This document shows, one piece after another, positions 38,848-51,258 of a stretch of DNA of 64,000 nucleotides. Source of the DNA: Trichodelitschia bisporula (Eukaryota); the NCBI GenBank assembly GCA_010356995.1, contig ML996706.1:439789-503788 (forward strand), read 5' to 3'. Under the pieces are notes generated by a model. That model searched no databases. It worked only from the letters and a program-made list of their open reading frames with translations, and had not been told where the DNA came from. Position 1 is the stretch's first letter; each line of letters begins with the position of its first letter. Position numbers and translations under genes: made by a program.

Positions 38848-39620
38848 CGGGGTGCGAGGGGAAGAGATGAACGAGCAGGAAAGGGCGAGATAGCGGGGTG
38901 TATGTGGAACTGGGTAGCACGGGAGGGGATGAACTGGCTATAGTAGCGCCTCTAATTATGTTTCTAGATGCGCGGATCGCGAGTTGCTGTCTGTGTCGAT
39001 TCCTTCTGTGCCGTCCTGACGTCCACTCCATCAACTTGGCGAGACGCCAAACTGCCAAGTGAGCCTCTTTCCGAATTGCCCCTCGTGCCCCTCAATACCC
39101 AGCTCCCCCCCCTTCCTACACCCCGCCATCGTCAATTCCATGCCTTGCGTGCTGACGCGCCACACGCGAGACGGCAGGCGCGCGGAAAGTTAAGACGCCA
39201 CAACGATGGGCCAATGATATTGACAGACAGAAGGGCAGAACGCTCGGCATTCTTCATTCCAGAAGCTTTAGAAACATCGATGAATCCGCAAGGCCAGATC
39301 CTCATCCTCATCCGCAGTCGCCTTCCTTCAGGAGCCATCGTCCTGTCCCCCTTACGCTGCCGTGTTCCGTCATTCCTGAGCCATTGGCTTTTCTTCTTTC
39401 CGGCCATTGCTGGCAGGAGCCTCCACCGACCCGGGCCCTTGAGGTAACATCATGTCTTGCATGCTGGCGCGTGAGTGCAGGAGGTACCGCGTAGATGCAG
39501 GAAGTAGTTCCGCAGGTGCAAATTTGAGTGAGTATATTATGGCCTCGTCCGCTGCTCTGTATGATGCTGTTCGAAACATCGAACCATTGCCTTACCCATC
39601 TGTCTATTTCCACCACCACG

Positions 39621-41006
39621 ATGTATCTTCAACCCCTCCTCGCCGCCCTGGTTGCTCTCCCTGCAGCGCTCGCTGCAATCCCCATCCCAGACAACCTGAG
39701 CGGCTATGCCTCTACATTGATCACGCGTGACGTACTCGTCATCGGTGGCGGCAGTAGCGGGACTTACACGGCCATCCGACTCAAAAGCATGGGCAAGACA
39801 GTCGCGGTGGTTGAGAAGGAAGCCACCCTGGGCGGGCACACCAACACCTTCACCGATAGCGTTACAGGCAAGACCTTCGACTATGGCGTCATCGAATTCG
39901 AAGACACACCCGTCGTGCATGCCTACGCCGCCTCACTGAACATCTCGCTCGTCCCGCTAGTACTCGGAACCGGCGCCTCGTACACGGCCGATATGCGCAC
40001 CGGAGCAAGCAACAAGCTTCCGCAAGGCGACATCGCCACGGCAATCACCGCCTACGCAACCCAGCTCGCACAATATCCCTTCCTGAGCAATGGCTTCAAT
40101 CTGCCCAACCCGGTTCCCAGCGACTTGCTCCTCCCCTGGGGCTCTTTCGTGCAGAAGTATTCGCTGAACGCTTTCGCATACACGGCTTTTGTGTACATGC
40201 AAGGCGTGGGTAACATGCTCGCACTGCCGACGCTGTATGTGATGAAATACTTCTCACCGGCTGTTCTGAGCGCCATTGCTACAAATGGCTTCCTTACCAC
40301 CGCGGACAGCAACAACCAGCGGATTTACACCAATGCAGCGCGTGTTCTCGGCCCCGACGCCATTCTTCACAGCAAGGTGACCACGATAATCCGCAATGAA
40401 CTCGGGGTCCTGGCCGCGGTGTCGACGCCAACGGGGACCAAGCTCATTACCGCGAAGAAGTTGGTGATTGCCATTCCGCCCAAGGTGGCGAACCTGGGCT
40501 TTGCAGACCTGGACAGCGTGGAAAGCAATCTGTTTAGTCAGTTCGGAAATGGCTACTACTGGGACGCGGTTGTGCGTAATTCCGGCATCCCAGACAATGC
40601 GACGATTTCGAATGCGGATCCTGCCGCGCCGTACGGGATCCCCAATTTGCCGAGCGTGTATGTAGTCCAGTCGACCGGCGTGCCAAACCTGCATTCTGTT
40701 TATTACGGGAGTACGACCGCAATGTCAGATGATGCCGTCAAGACTGCAATGCTCACGGCGGTTGGCAAATTGGCAAAGGCGCTGAACGGGACGAGCACTG
40801 GGAACGCGCAGCTTGTGGGATTCAACAATCACAGCCCTTACGAACTTAGAGTTTCTTCGGATGCGATTCAAGGCGGGTTCTACAACAGGCTGGAAGCGCT
40901 TCAGGGGCGGAGGAAGACGTGGTGGGTGGGTGCGGCATGGCAGGCGCATGATTCGAGTGCCATTTGGCAAAATGTTGAGGATAGTGTGTTACCAGCCCTG
41001 ATGTGA
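39621..41006 (+). CDS. Secreted FAD-dependent oxidoreductase (flavin amine oxidase-like)
   Basis: Signal peptide MYLQPLLAALVALPAALA, Rossmann motif DVLVIGGGSSG...VVEK...LGGHT, and C-terminal LQG....WVGAAW..HDS. Intronless. Confidence 0.85.
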   Translation: MYLQPLLAALVALPAALAAIPIPDNLSGYASTLITRDVLVIGGGSSGTYTAIRLKSMGKTVAVVEKEATLGGHTNTFTDSVTGKTFDYGVIEFEDTPVVHAYAASLNISLVPLVLGTGASYTADMRTGASNKLPQGDIATAITAYATQLAQYPFLSNGFNLPNPVPSDLLLPWGSFVQKYSLNAFAYTAFVYMQGVGNMLALPTLYVMKYFSPAVLSAIATNGFLTTADSNNQRIYTNAARVLGPDAILHSKVTTIIRNELGVLAAVSTPTGTKLITAKKLVIAIPPKVANLGFADLDSVESNLFSQFGNGYYWDAVVRNSGIPDNATISNADPAAPYGIPNLPSVYVVQSTGVPNLHSVYYGSTTAMSDDAVKTAMLTAVGKLAKALNGTSTGNAQLVGFNNHSPYELRVSSDAIQGGFYNRLEALQGRRKTWWVGAAWQAHDSSAIWQNVEDSVLPALM

Positions 41007-41711
41007 TGGGAAAGGCTGAGTTTATTTGTTTGGGTTGTTCTTGAATGTATCAGTAGACTCGATTGGTCGTTTGTTTTTAGTAGGAAAATCCCTATGCTTG
41101 CGTTTCAGCCGAACGCAGCTCCATTAGAGTCATATTGCACTCTCCCCATGTTCCGTTCTTGATTTGGCGTGCTCTTCAGCTGTGAGCTGATTTTTCGCCT
41201 GCTCAAAATTGGGACCGTCTTGAACCTATTCAATACCCTGATGGGACGCCAAGGAATGTGGGGCCTTCCATTTGTTAAGGTATGTGGATACGCAAGCCAT
41301 GAACATTCTTGGGTAAATTTCTTCCAACGTTGTCGTATCCCCTTTTCCACACCTGATCCTGATCAGACTACTGTCTTGAAATTGATGGCAGAGTACTTAC
41401 CCAGAGGGTGCACGGTACGGACAAGAGGGGCCTTGAATTTCCTGCCCCTTAAATGACTGCATGAATTTCAGTCCCTTCCAAGGCCGACGTGAGGCAGAAC
41501 GATGGTTGAGGGCGCCTAAAATTCTTCACAGATCTGAACGCTAGCAAGAGCTGGCCGAAAAAATGGTTTCGCGAGAATTCAAGTGCAACAGCCGGCCAAA
41601 ATTAGTGTTGTTGGCACTGTCTCATTTCAGGCGTAAGGGGCCAGTATCATCCACAACTTGTTTTATTCAACAAAGTGTACCGTAAAAAAGACGTGCAAAC
41701 CTCCTGTCCAT

Positions 41712-41858
41712 TGTATTATGGGCGTCTTCTCGGGCGTCCTCGTAATTTCGCAGGCCAATTACGGAGCATAATATCTTTACAGAGTGGTTCTGTAACAAAA
41801 CCCCGCTCTCTGATTGGTCTGCTAGTGACGAGTACGCCAGCGAGGATGCCCGGAGTGC
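41712..41858. mobile_element. Degenerate MITE-like element, family A (ends GGGCGTCCTCGT...GACCAATCAG)
   Basis: Imperfect inverted termini. The same end motif recurs at ~43113-43150 and ~46676-46710. Confidence 0.5.
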
Positions 41859-44152
41859 GATTGATAAGATAACTCCTTTCTAATTACTGAACTCCTCCAG
41901 GCACTGCGCGGTGTAAAATACTGCGCAGGCGATGTCAGTGACTTCAACGGCAGACTCTTAAATGGACCGGATGCACGGCAAGCCATTCATAAATTCTGCC
42001 CCTTCCTTTACATTATTTCAATGATATGAGGCAAAGCGTCGGTTGAGCGCTATTCCTTGCAGATATGTGCTTTGGGTTATTCGCCTAAGTTCTGTATCAA
42101 TGTTACACTTTGGCACCTTTTTCCTTCTTTGAGCTGGCAGGGAGGCTGCTCATGCTTTTTGGGGAGGAGGTGCTAGCTGCTTGGTCCGGAAAATTGAGAG
42201 GCTTCGTCATTCGTCACAAATAGGACACGGTAATATATGTAAAAGAGCTCTTTTACGTCCGGTAAGGTTTTCTACGGTCCGTCCTGGTCGTTAGCAAGCC
42301 CATTGGAGGGGGGGACGCATCAAGCTCGATCCTGCTTTCAAATCATCAGAGCGATGGCGCCGCGACCAACGGAGCCGGGATAACAATGCAGCTACCATGA
42401 GCAATGGACAGCACTTACAAATTCTTTTATGAATAAAAACGGTAGATACTAGGAATGTGCCTGCCAAGTGTTTTTTATGTTCATTTTAAGCTGAGATTAC
42501 TTTATAATCTCATACTATGTAAGATCATATCTCTCCCACTTTAAAGAGTGGGAAGTTGTCCACGGTTGATGGATGAGAATGAAATGAGAACCAGGCAGCA
42601 TGCACTCCGCCAAAACTATTGAGCCTCGGCGAATGGGAAATTATATTTTTGAAGAGGGCTTCGGAACAAAGGATGTATCAGTTTCTCTAGGATAATTTCT
42701 TTTTGACTAAACCTTACACGGGCCAGACGAATGGCAACTACGTTAACGGGCACAAACATCTTTATGATACCATCTTGCGATTAAGTGGACTTCGGAAGAT
42801 CCGTTTTGATCTTTTAATTACGAAAAATGCAAGCGAGGGCACCTGCAGCACAATGGATAACTTGGGGTGCCTCTGGTTTAAGGCGGGCCGTAAATACTCC
42901 GGAGGCTACCTAAAGCCATACAGCCTTATGGACATGCACAATACACTGTAATGCAACTCACATTACTACGCGCTGAATTTATCCTTTTTTCGCGTCGGAT
43001 TAGAATGAATCAGACAGGCCTTGAGCATAAGTGCAATTTCGTTTTGTGAGGGCTGCAGTAGGTCAAACAGCTGGAGCAGCACCTGAGAAATCCAAAGACT
43101 CTTTATCCCTTGCACTGCGGGCGTCCTCGTGACTGCTAGACCAATCAGAAAACAAATTCCTTTTTATATAAAGAATCTATAAATGACCTCACTTCCGAAT
43201 TGGTCTACCAGATACGAGAAAGCCCGCAGTTCAATGAATGAAGACACCGCCCCCTTGGCCAGTCGATTAATTTCCGAAATTTTGCACAGTTGCTTAAGTG
43301 GACCCCGGCCGCAGAGGAACCGTTCTGGCATCCCAGCGTAGCAAGCTCCCACCACTTCTTTGCCCGTGTATTGTACCAAGAGAGTCCCACGGTAGGCAGC
43401 TCCGTGAGGCAATTTATCAGCCATATGGAATATGACTTCGGTGGTTCTGCCAGTGAGGCATCTATAAGGCATCAGGCATCAGGCAAATCCGACCCGCGCG
43501 GGTCGGATTCTCTATTAGGACTAGCGTGGTGCGCAGCGCTTAGAGCCCAGGCCACCCACGTGACGTCTTGGCGTTTACCTCAAAGCCAGTTATCAGTGGA
43601 TAGCTCAATCCATTACCTTTACAACCCCACACGTCTTCGAGTGCTGTGTTTGCTCCATCAGAGAGCTGATACAATTCGAGTAAAGTAATTGCAACATCGA
43701 TGTAGACGTTCCTTTTGTGACTAAATATTTTCCCCGCATGTGCATTCGAGCAGAAGAGGGAAAGGCACGTCCCGGAGCATGAGGTACTCGAATCTGCCCT
43801 GGTTTTCGACTCTTCCGGAGGTAGTACCCACTGCGAGGATGCGTGCTTGCTAGGAATAACGCAAATCCAAGGGCAGTATGCCATAAGCATTCATCAAATG
43901 AAGCACAAAAAATCCACGCGGGGAAAGGGTCGGGGTATTCTCCTGATCGTATAACATCAGCTCATGCAGGCACGGTTAAATTCTTCTGCCTGAAGACCAT
44001 ACCATTCACTGCCTAGTGTCTCTTGTTTGTTTTGATTGGTAAGCTAGTTGGAAGGGGCCAGGCTCGCAGATTATCATGCGAATTTCATCTCCCCTTCGAC
44101 AATGTCTTCCTAGAATGTCGTCCAGGCCATGCGGTGTCACACTTCCTGCTTA

Positions 44153-44332
44153 TCCCTTGCGGCCCAGGTACTGGCCCAGGAACTCGTCGCCAATTCTCCG
44201 CTATCACGGACTAATCAATGAGCTAGAATTTAGTTCTGTAATGATTTCTCCATTTCTGCAACAAATTCTAGCTCTATAACAGCACCATGATAGCGGAAAA
44301 GTGGGGGGCGAGTACCTGGGCCGTACAAGGCA
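44153..44332. mobile_element. MITE, family B copy 1
   Basis: Inverted termini TCCCTTG..GGCCCAGGTACT / AGTACCTGGGCCGTACAAGGCA, flanked by TA on both sides. Homologous, in inverted orientation, to 45694-45910. Confidence 0.7.
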
Positions 44333-44433
44333 TAGTCCCGTTTTCGGATTCGGAAGAAGCAAAAGATGCCCATCATTGTAATTGAGGGTATGCTTATTAT
44401 TGGTCCCATGTCAGGTTACATATATGCATTTTC

Positions 44434-45078
44434 ACAGACCTCACCACATGACACCACGCAGCCCGAGCCCAGTCCCCGTCCTCAGAGTCAACACCGTCCC
44501 CTAACCCAGCAGCAAACCCCCCGAGGTGCCCTCTCCCCAACCACAAGCACAACATACTAGGACAACATACTAGGACTAGCAACAACACCAGTCTACCCAC
44601 ACGTGAAGAAGAGCGGATTCAACACCACCCTTGCTACCAGGAACCGGATCTCCCCCAAAGAGGAGCCCCCCCCTGGCGGCCTCCGGAAACCACCTGGCAT
44701 TCCTCAATTTCCTTCCTCTCCTTCTCTCTTACGACCGCATGACCTAGAATCACGGGATCTGCGTTGCTGTAGGCGCTCGGCGTTTTTGAGGTTTAATTGG
44801 GATATGGGGTGTTTCTCAGTTTCTCGGCGTGCAGCCAAGTTCTCGCTTGGGACACACAAGAATAGTGCAAAGAAAAGACGATAAACACATGTAAAAGGCG
44901 TGGGGCTCACATGCCCCTCTCCAAAGGACCACTTCCAGGGCTTTTCCTCAACCCTTCCAGGGGAGGTTTTTGCCGTGTAGAACCAAAGAAATTCGTCAAA
45001 CCAACTCCTAAAGTGATGAGACCCGACCATACGGCTAGCTAAAACAAGCCTGGGCGTAATCAAGCTATTATTATTATC
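44434..45078 (+). mobile_element. Non-autonomous non-LTR retroposon (SINE-like or deleted LINE) with (TAT)n tail
   Basis: Flanked by a perfect 12-bp direct repeat ATATGCATTTTC (44422-44433 and 45079-45090) and ends in TATTATTATTAT. Its 3' ~310 bp is repeated at 49718-50026. Confidence 0.75.
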
Positions 45079-45693
45079 ATATGCATTTTCGTCAGCGTCA
45101 AAGGTGCGGTATTAAGAACGACCAGCCACCACTGCCTCGAATACGTAGTGAAACCCTCGTCGTCATTGCGGGCAACTTTTGAAGAAGAGTAGATAAAAGA
45201 TTGGAAGTCGACGGTAGTAACATCAATTTTATTTCCCCTTGCAAGTACTGAACACCGTTTATCCTGCGAACGAGCAGGTTCAAATATAAGAGAAACTCAG
45301 GTTGATGACACGCTTCAGGATTTAGAGTAAATGTTAACGAGCCGCCCTCATCTATTATTTTACCGGAAACTAACCACCATAACGAACCGTACCCTACTAT
45401 AAACATATTATACCACAGGAACACTCCCACCCGTTTATCTCATATATCCGGCTAAATCCCCGGGGCTTGTCTGAAGACCTCAGCAACTCTTACAGTTAAC
45501 TAAAGCCAGGACTGCAATCTCTGATGTATTGGTGAAAGCAGCGTTCTTATGTAAGCAGAGACATGAGGCAATGCGAGTATGATAGAAGGAAGGAGCAAAG
45601 GAGGATACCTACCATTATATCTTTAAACATCGAGAGTCTGACTCTCTTTATCTCCTCGACTTTCATCAACTCTTTTACAATCACCATATTGTA

Positions 45694-45910
45694 TCCCTTG
45701 TACAGGCTAGGTACTGGCCCAGGTACACGCCCAGGTACTCATCCCCCACCTTTCCACTATCATGTACTAGTTAGAGAGTTAAGATTCGTTACAGAAATGG
45801 TGGAATCTTTACAGAACTAAATTCTAGCTCTTTGATTGGTCCATAATAGCGGAATGTGGGCGACGAGTAGCTAGGCACGTACCTGGGCAGTATCTGGGCC
45901 GTACAGGGGA
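45694..45910. mobile_element. MITE, family B copy 2
   Basis: TA|TCCCTTGTAC...GTACAGGGGA|TA, with GCCCAGGTAC sub-terminal repeats. The interior aligns to the reverse complement of 44153-44332. Confidence 0.7.
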
Positions 45911-46786
45911 TACACGTGCCAGTGAGCCTTGTGCTCATCAGTCTCCATGCACTCATGCGGGGGAACAGCCGTCTGCAGGGACGACTTAGGAACCACACCG
46001 GACGTTACATAAATAAAGTTACAGTCACCATCCTTAAGATTGCCTCAGCGGGACTCATCATTTGGTCCCTTATTCAGCCTCAAGTATGGCCTGGAAAGTT
46101 TGTTATTTTGCTGCCAGGCTGATGATGAGAGCGATTCGGATAAGACAATTGGCTTGCGCAATCTGAAGGATCCCATTTATTAATTACATGGACGTGGCAC
46201 AGAGAGGGGGATTAGGATGGATGTAAGTCTTAAATCAAAAGTTTTAAGTATGGTTCTTTCCATACTTCCCATATTGAAAACAGGGAGTCCGAATCCTTTC
46301 AAGCGCCTTCTAAGACTGGTAGAAAATCCTTACGCTCAGTGGCTGGGTATTTCTCTAAGAAATGAGGAGTCGGTATCAATAGGTGCAAAGAGCTGGACTT
46401 ATATTGCGTAATAATCCCGCAAAGATATTCTTTTTGTCATTCTCCTATATATCTATAAGTAACGAAACTTCTCTTCCGCGTCGCAAGTTTTCCTTAGGAC
46501 GAGATCTAGGCCAGTAGTGGGATTCGCTCGTTTGTCATGATAATCGGGACTGATTTACAAATGTTCGGTAATCAGTTGCACTGCAGGATTGCTAAGGAAG
46601 CTCAGTCCCATGCACAAACTTCTGTATTAAAGCAGATTTGTTCCACCTGTATGCTGAGGCTATTCTGGTAACTAAGGGCGTCCTCGTAGCCGGTGGACCA
46701 ATCAGGGCGTGGAAATACTTTACGGCTCAGAGCAGCTGTAGGCGACTCAAAATCTACTTAACAGGCAACCGGCTCCCATTAAATAA

Positions 46787-46990
46787 GGCTAACACTAGAA
46801 TCACCCCCCGAGTTACTAGAACTACCCCCTAAACTTACTCAATTGAGAAAAAAATAATCATTTCTAACCCCAACCGCTATCCCTAGCCCTAACCATTATC
46901 ACTAACGCTAACCTCTAACCCCTAGGGGCGCAGTAAACGCTTCTTATGAGGTTGGGCTGTTGGGTTTGAGGGGTGATTCTAGCGTCAGCC
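46787..46990. mobile_element. MITE, family C, with 8-bp target duplication and internal telomere-like repeats
   Basis: 21-bp TIRs GGCTAACACTAGAATCACCCC / GGGGTGATTCTAGCGTCAGCC (2 mismatches). TTAAATAA is directly repeated on both sides (46779-46786 and 46991-46998). Confidence 0.75.
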
Positions 46991-49717
46991 TTAAATAACC
47001 ACTTTTATACCATGGTTGTCTTTTGGCGGGATAAAGGTATACAAATGCTTTTAAAAAGATTGCTACATGCTTCCTAGTTCGTTCGAAAATCTGGTCAAAT
47101 TTGTACGTGACCAGTTAAGATAAGCATTTGTTAAGGCACATTTTGCCAATTTACTGCTGAAGCAGTAGGCCTTTGATGCAGCCTTTGACAGCTTCACAGA
47201 TTGCTTTAAATCCTTTGTGAAGATCTTCACGCAGCCTTCAGATACGTGACAGCGTGTCACGGGCGGGGTCAAACTCTTCCAACCGTGCTCTCGCATCCTA
47301 GTCCTGTCAACAGTGTTTGAAGCAATATTTCCTAATTATACGCCTAATTTATATTTTCCTTAGGTAATGTAGGGTGCTAGTCTATACTGCTAGCGCTTCA
47401 AAAAAGCTCACAAGACCGCCGCTAAACAAATCCTGTCGAGCATATAGAGGATACAGAAGAAAAGGAATTCGCATGCACATATATGAGGATGATACTATGA
47501 CTTACACCTCTTGCTTCGCACACTGCCCCTTCCTCAAGCAGCAAATTAAAATGAAAGAGTTTTGAGAAAGTTAAAAAAGCCTAAGCCAATCAATAAACGT
47601 AAATTGTCCTCTGTTATAGAAGAAAAAGATTCAAATAGCCCGGTCTCTTAATGAGGACGGACAGGCCCGCAATAAGAGTACCCCATACTCAGGGATAAAG
47701 AAAGAGGACTGCACTCAGTCTGCAAGTACATCATTATATCAGTACATTCTAGCGTGTGCGTGTGCATCTCAGGTTTTCGGAGGCTTTAAGTCATGTTCCA
47801 TTAAAGAACATAGTGTATATGCAGACTCCCAATCGTCGTTGAATATACTGCCGTACGGTTAAAGTTTTCGGCATTTCTGGCTTTCCAACAGCGGCTTGGA
47901 AGAGGATCGCGTAGAGTTTAATCGCTTAGATAATCTACCGTGGATCTCAGCTCGTAGCGGATTGAATGCGGGGAACGTACCAAAATATTTTATTGAGGTG
48001 CTGCTTATCTCTTGACATGCTTACATGAAAGTCGTAAATCAAATTGAATTGACGAAACTGCATTTCAACTCTGCCCTTCATGAGAGTCAGGGTGTGGAGA
48101 TAATAAAATTATTTCTTAAAAGCCTTTCCTATGCACACTTAAAAGTAAGATATACGCCGATAGACCCCCCCGACTGCGCTCTCAACCTGCCAATGAGATG
48201 ATGACCATTCCAAAAATTGCGGGTTACCCTCGGCTAATTACTGAGCTTCTCCCGTCTTAGTCCATAAAAGCTTTGCATTTACATAGCAATTTTGCCCACA
48301 GCCCTGGGCAAAAGAAAAGGCCTAACTATTTTTTTTCGTTACTGCAGATCCAATGAGTTAAAATTTCACTCAATATCTACGCGTCAGAAGTTGCATCGCC
48401 ACATAACTCGGTTTAAAAGGGGCTGACGGAGTTTATAGAGCGATAAGGACCAAATGCTACTAAGCTTGGTCAGCCATTTTACTTGAATGATAATCCTCCA
48501 TATTAGCGCATGGCAACAAAAAATATGCTAAGTCATAGGTATTGCTTGTGGCAGTTTTTTAGCCAAATTTCATTCATTCCATCAAAGTTGCATAGTGTGC
48601 TTATGATGCTATGATAAAGTAGGACTTTATGGGCTCGTGGACTTAAGCAAAGGCGGCAGGAGAATGGGGCAACAAATCTTTCGGCCGGCCCTTGACACTC
48701 GAGAAGTGATTGCAAAAGCTTGATATTATGATCATGCTTTAGCTTTCCCTAAAGCTCGTTGACGGCTAGATATTCCTTATCAAATAAAAGAACTGCCAGT
48801 TTTGACAACCATTGGTTGCTCATCGCTGAACTACTAGATAATTATTTTACGTACCTAACTTCAAATTTATTAAAAATCTTTCGGCGCAATACCATAAGCC
48901 AACGGGCTCTACGCAGTCTGCTCCTCCGTCCCAAAACTTCCCCAACCTTTGCGCTTAAATATTCACAAATTTAGTATTTAACTCTGATGCGGTTCCAAAT
49001 GGTTGATGCTGACAGCTAGTCGGGTCACACTTGAAACACGTAATAGCTCCAAAGAACGCGTTTAGCTGGTGAAAGAAAAAAAGACCTGGAAGAAAAAAAG
49101 CGTCTTCCTAAATCTCCTCTCACCGATTATACAATTGGAAAGGGGTTTCCTCCCAAATAGGAAGTTGTCCTTTGAGGGGGTTTTGGTCTGGCATAAACAC
49201 TTTGTACCTAGCTGTTGGCTTAACCAGCCCTCTGCATAGACCACAAGCGACTGCACCGGAGATGAATGGAATATATATAAAAATATTCTTTAACGTGTAA
49301 TGGAGCACATCCGCGGGCCGCGTAGCTTGTAAGTCAGGTGAGTAGAACCAACTTTGCAGTTGACCAGCCAGCTCTCTCACAGGTATATTCTGCTAAATAA
49401 ACAATTAAACTACCCGCCTCATAAATGCAGCCGGAATGGTTTAGGAAGCATCTAGAAATGTCAACATTATATGGGTAGATGATACCTGTAGTAAAGATGG
49501 CTCGAACCCTTAAAGTCTTTGATTCAAAGGTGTACGTATTAGTTTGCGTACTGTCAGGGTACAAGTATAGATACTTGAGCTTAATCATTGTTTGCACGCC
49601 CCCATCAGATGGCAAGAACTGCCAATACTACAGAAAAATCAACTGCGTCTCAATGCACATGGGTTGAGGATTTTAGAGCAATTTCGTAGTGGACGTCTTC
49701 CAATGGACGACGGGACC

Positions 49718-50026
49718 TAGGCGTTCGGCGTTTTTGGGGTTTAATTGGGATATGGAGTCTTTCTCAGTTTCTCGGCGTGCAGCCAAGTTCTCGCTTGGGA
49801 TACACAAGAATAGTGCAAAGAAAAGACGATAAACACATGTAAAAGGCGTGGGGCTCACATGCCCCTCTCCAAAGGACGACTTCCAGAGCTTTTCCTCAAC
49901 CCTTCCAGGAGGGGGTTTTTGCCGTGTAGAACCAAAGAAATTTGTCAAACCCACTCCTAAAGTGGCGAGACCCGATCATACGGCCAGCTAAAACAAGCCT
50001 GGGCGTAATCAAGCTATTATTATTAT
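49718..50026 (+). mobile_element. 5'-truncated second copy of the (TAT)n-tailed retroposon
   Basis: Near-identical direct repeat of ~44769-45077 with the same tail. Possible degenerate target duplication AATGG..CGGGACC. Confidence 0.75.
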
Positions 50027-51258
50027 AATGGGCGGGACCAATCTCCAGGGCATTATGAACGTTATTTCGCGCCAGTTACAGCAATCCCGGCTGAGGTTCA
50101 CTCCGTCTAGGAGAAGTGATGTAATCACGGTGGCATACAACTACTTAAGATTTTCGCAATACTGTCAGTACGTTTTAAGTCGTCCCGACTCACTTGAGGC
50201 TAAGCTCCCGAGTTTTTTGCCCCGGTAGCGCATATGCCGTTTAAGAGATGTCCATCCGGTTAATTCAGTACCAAGATTCCATTTAATTGGAAGTGAGGGC
50301 GACGCAATCGTATGCACTCATGCAATGCGGTCATATTTAGCTGCATTAAGGACTTTTGAAATGGCCTTGACTAGGTAAGTTATTTGATGCTCAATTTAGC
50401 TCCACGCATCTATAACGACATTTATTATGCGATTGTCAAGCCCACACGGGCAGGGTTATATTTACTGCGTGTCATTGGCCATTGAGCCGTGGATGCATAT
50501 CGAAGTATTTCGGTTATGCATTAGATGACATCCCCTTTTGATTGGTCAATATGCATATAACGACTTTCTGGCAAGTACTGGAATTCGGAGCATGACTGCC
50601 CCAAACGTCATTTTATCACCCCTCACTCACGTCACTTCATCAAGCATGCCGCCAAATATATTGGCATTGAAGTCCATTTTGTACCGCAGTTCGTACAGTA
50701 CAACTGTCACTTCTGTACAGCACCGCAGCTTCTGTCAACCTTTCTACGTCACATTTTTAGCTTCCTAAAAACCCCTGCGCTTATCCGAACGTTATGGAGG
50801 AGATGGAGCGCCGTCTGCGGAACGAGTATCGCCAGCGGCTCATATGCTCTCTCATCATGTACAATGAGATACCTTTGCACGAACGTCTCCTGGAGGAACT
50901 TCGTCGCCTGGAGGCTCGGGATGCCCGGAGGACTGCCAGATCGATACGGCAGAGGCGGAGCCGACCAGGTCGGCGGGTAGCGGTAGGTGACGTCCACGCA
51001 ATGCAGGCGACTAACAGATTTCTCTGGTGTTGCTGACATCTTTAGAACTTTTAAGCGCAGTGGAGGTAGAACCCACCTATTTGGGGAGCACCCCAAAGAC
51101 ATGATATGGACGCCCCATTGATTTTGAGCGTGCACGCAGACCCGCCGGAATCTCAATGTCAGATATTGCGTTGTAGTTCCACCTCTAGAATATATGAATA
51201 AAACCTACGCCTCATTATAATTGCCTTAGCGAGCCGAGCGGTTCGGCAATTCATTGAG

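Noticed and set aside
39621..41006. Secreted flavoprotein or Zn2Cys6 factor as members of the RiPP cluster
   Set aside because: They are separated from it by 13-17 kb and by housekeeping genes; nothing in the sequence links them.
49060..49285. Possible 3' end of another LINE ending in (TA)n
   Set aside because: Single copy in the window and no target-site duplication found.
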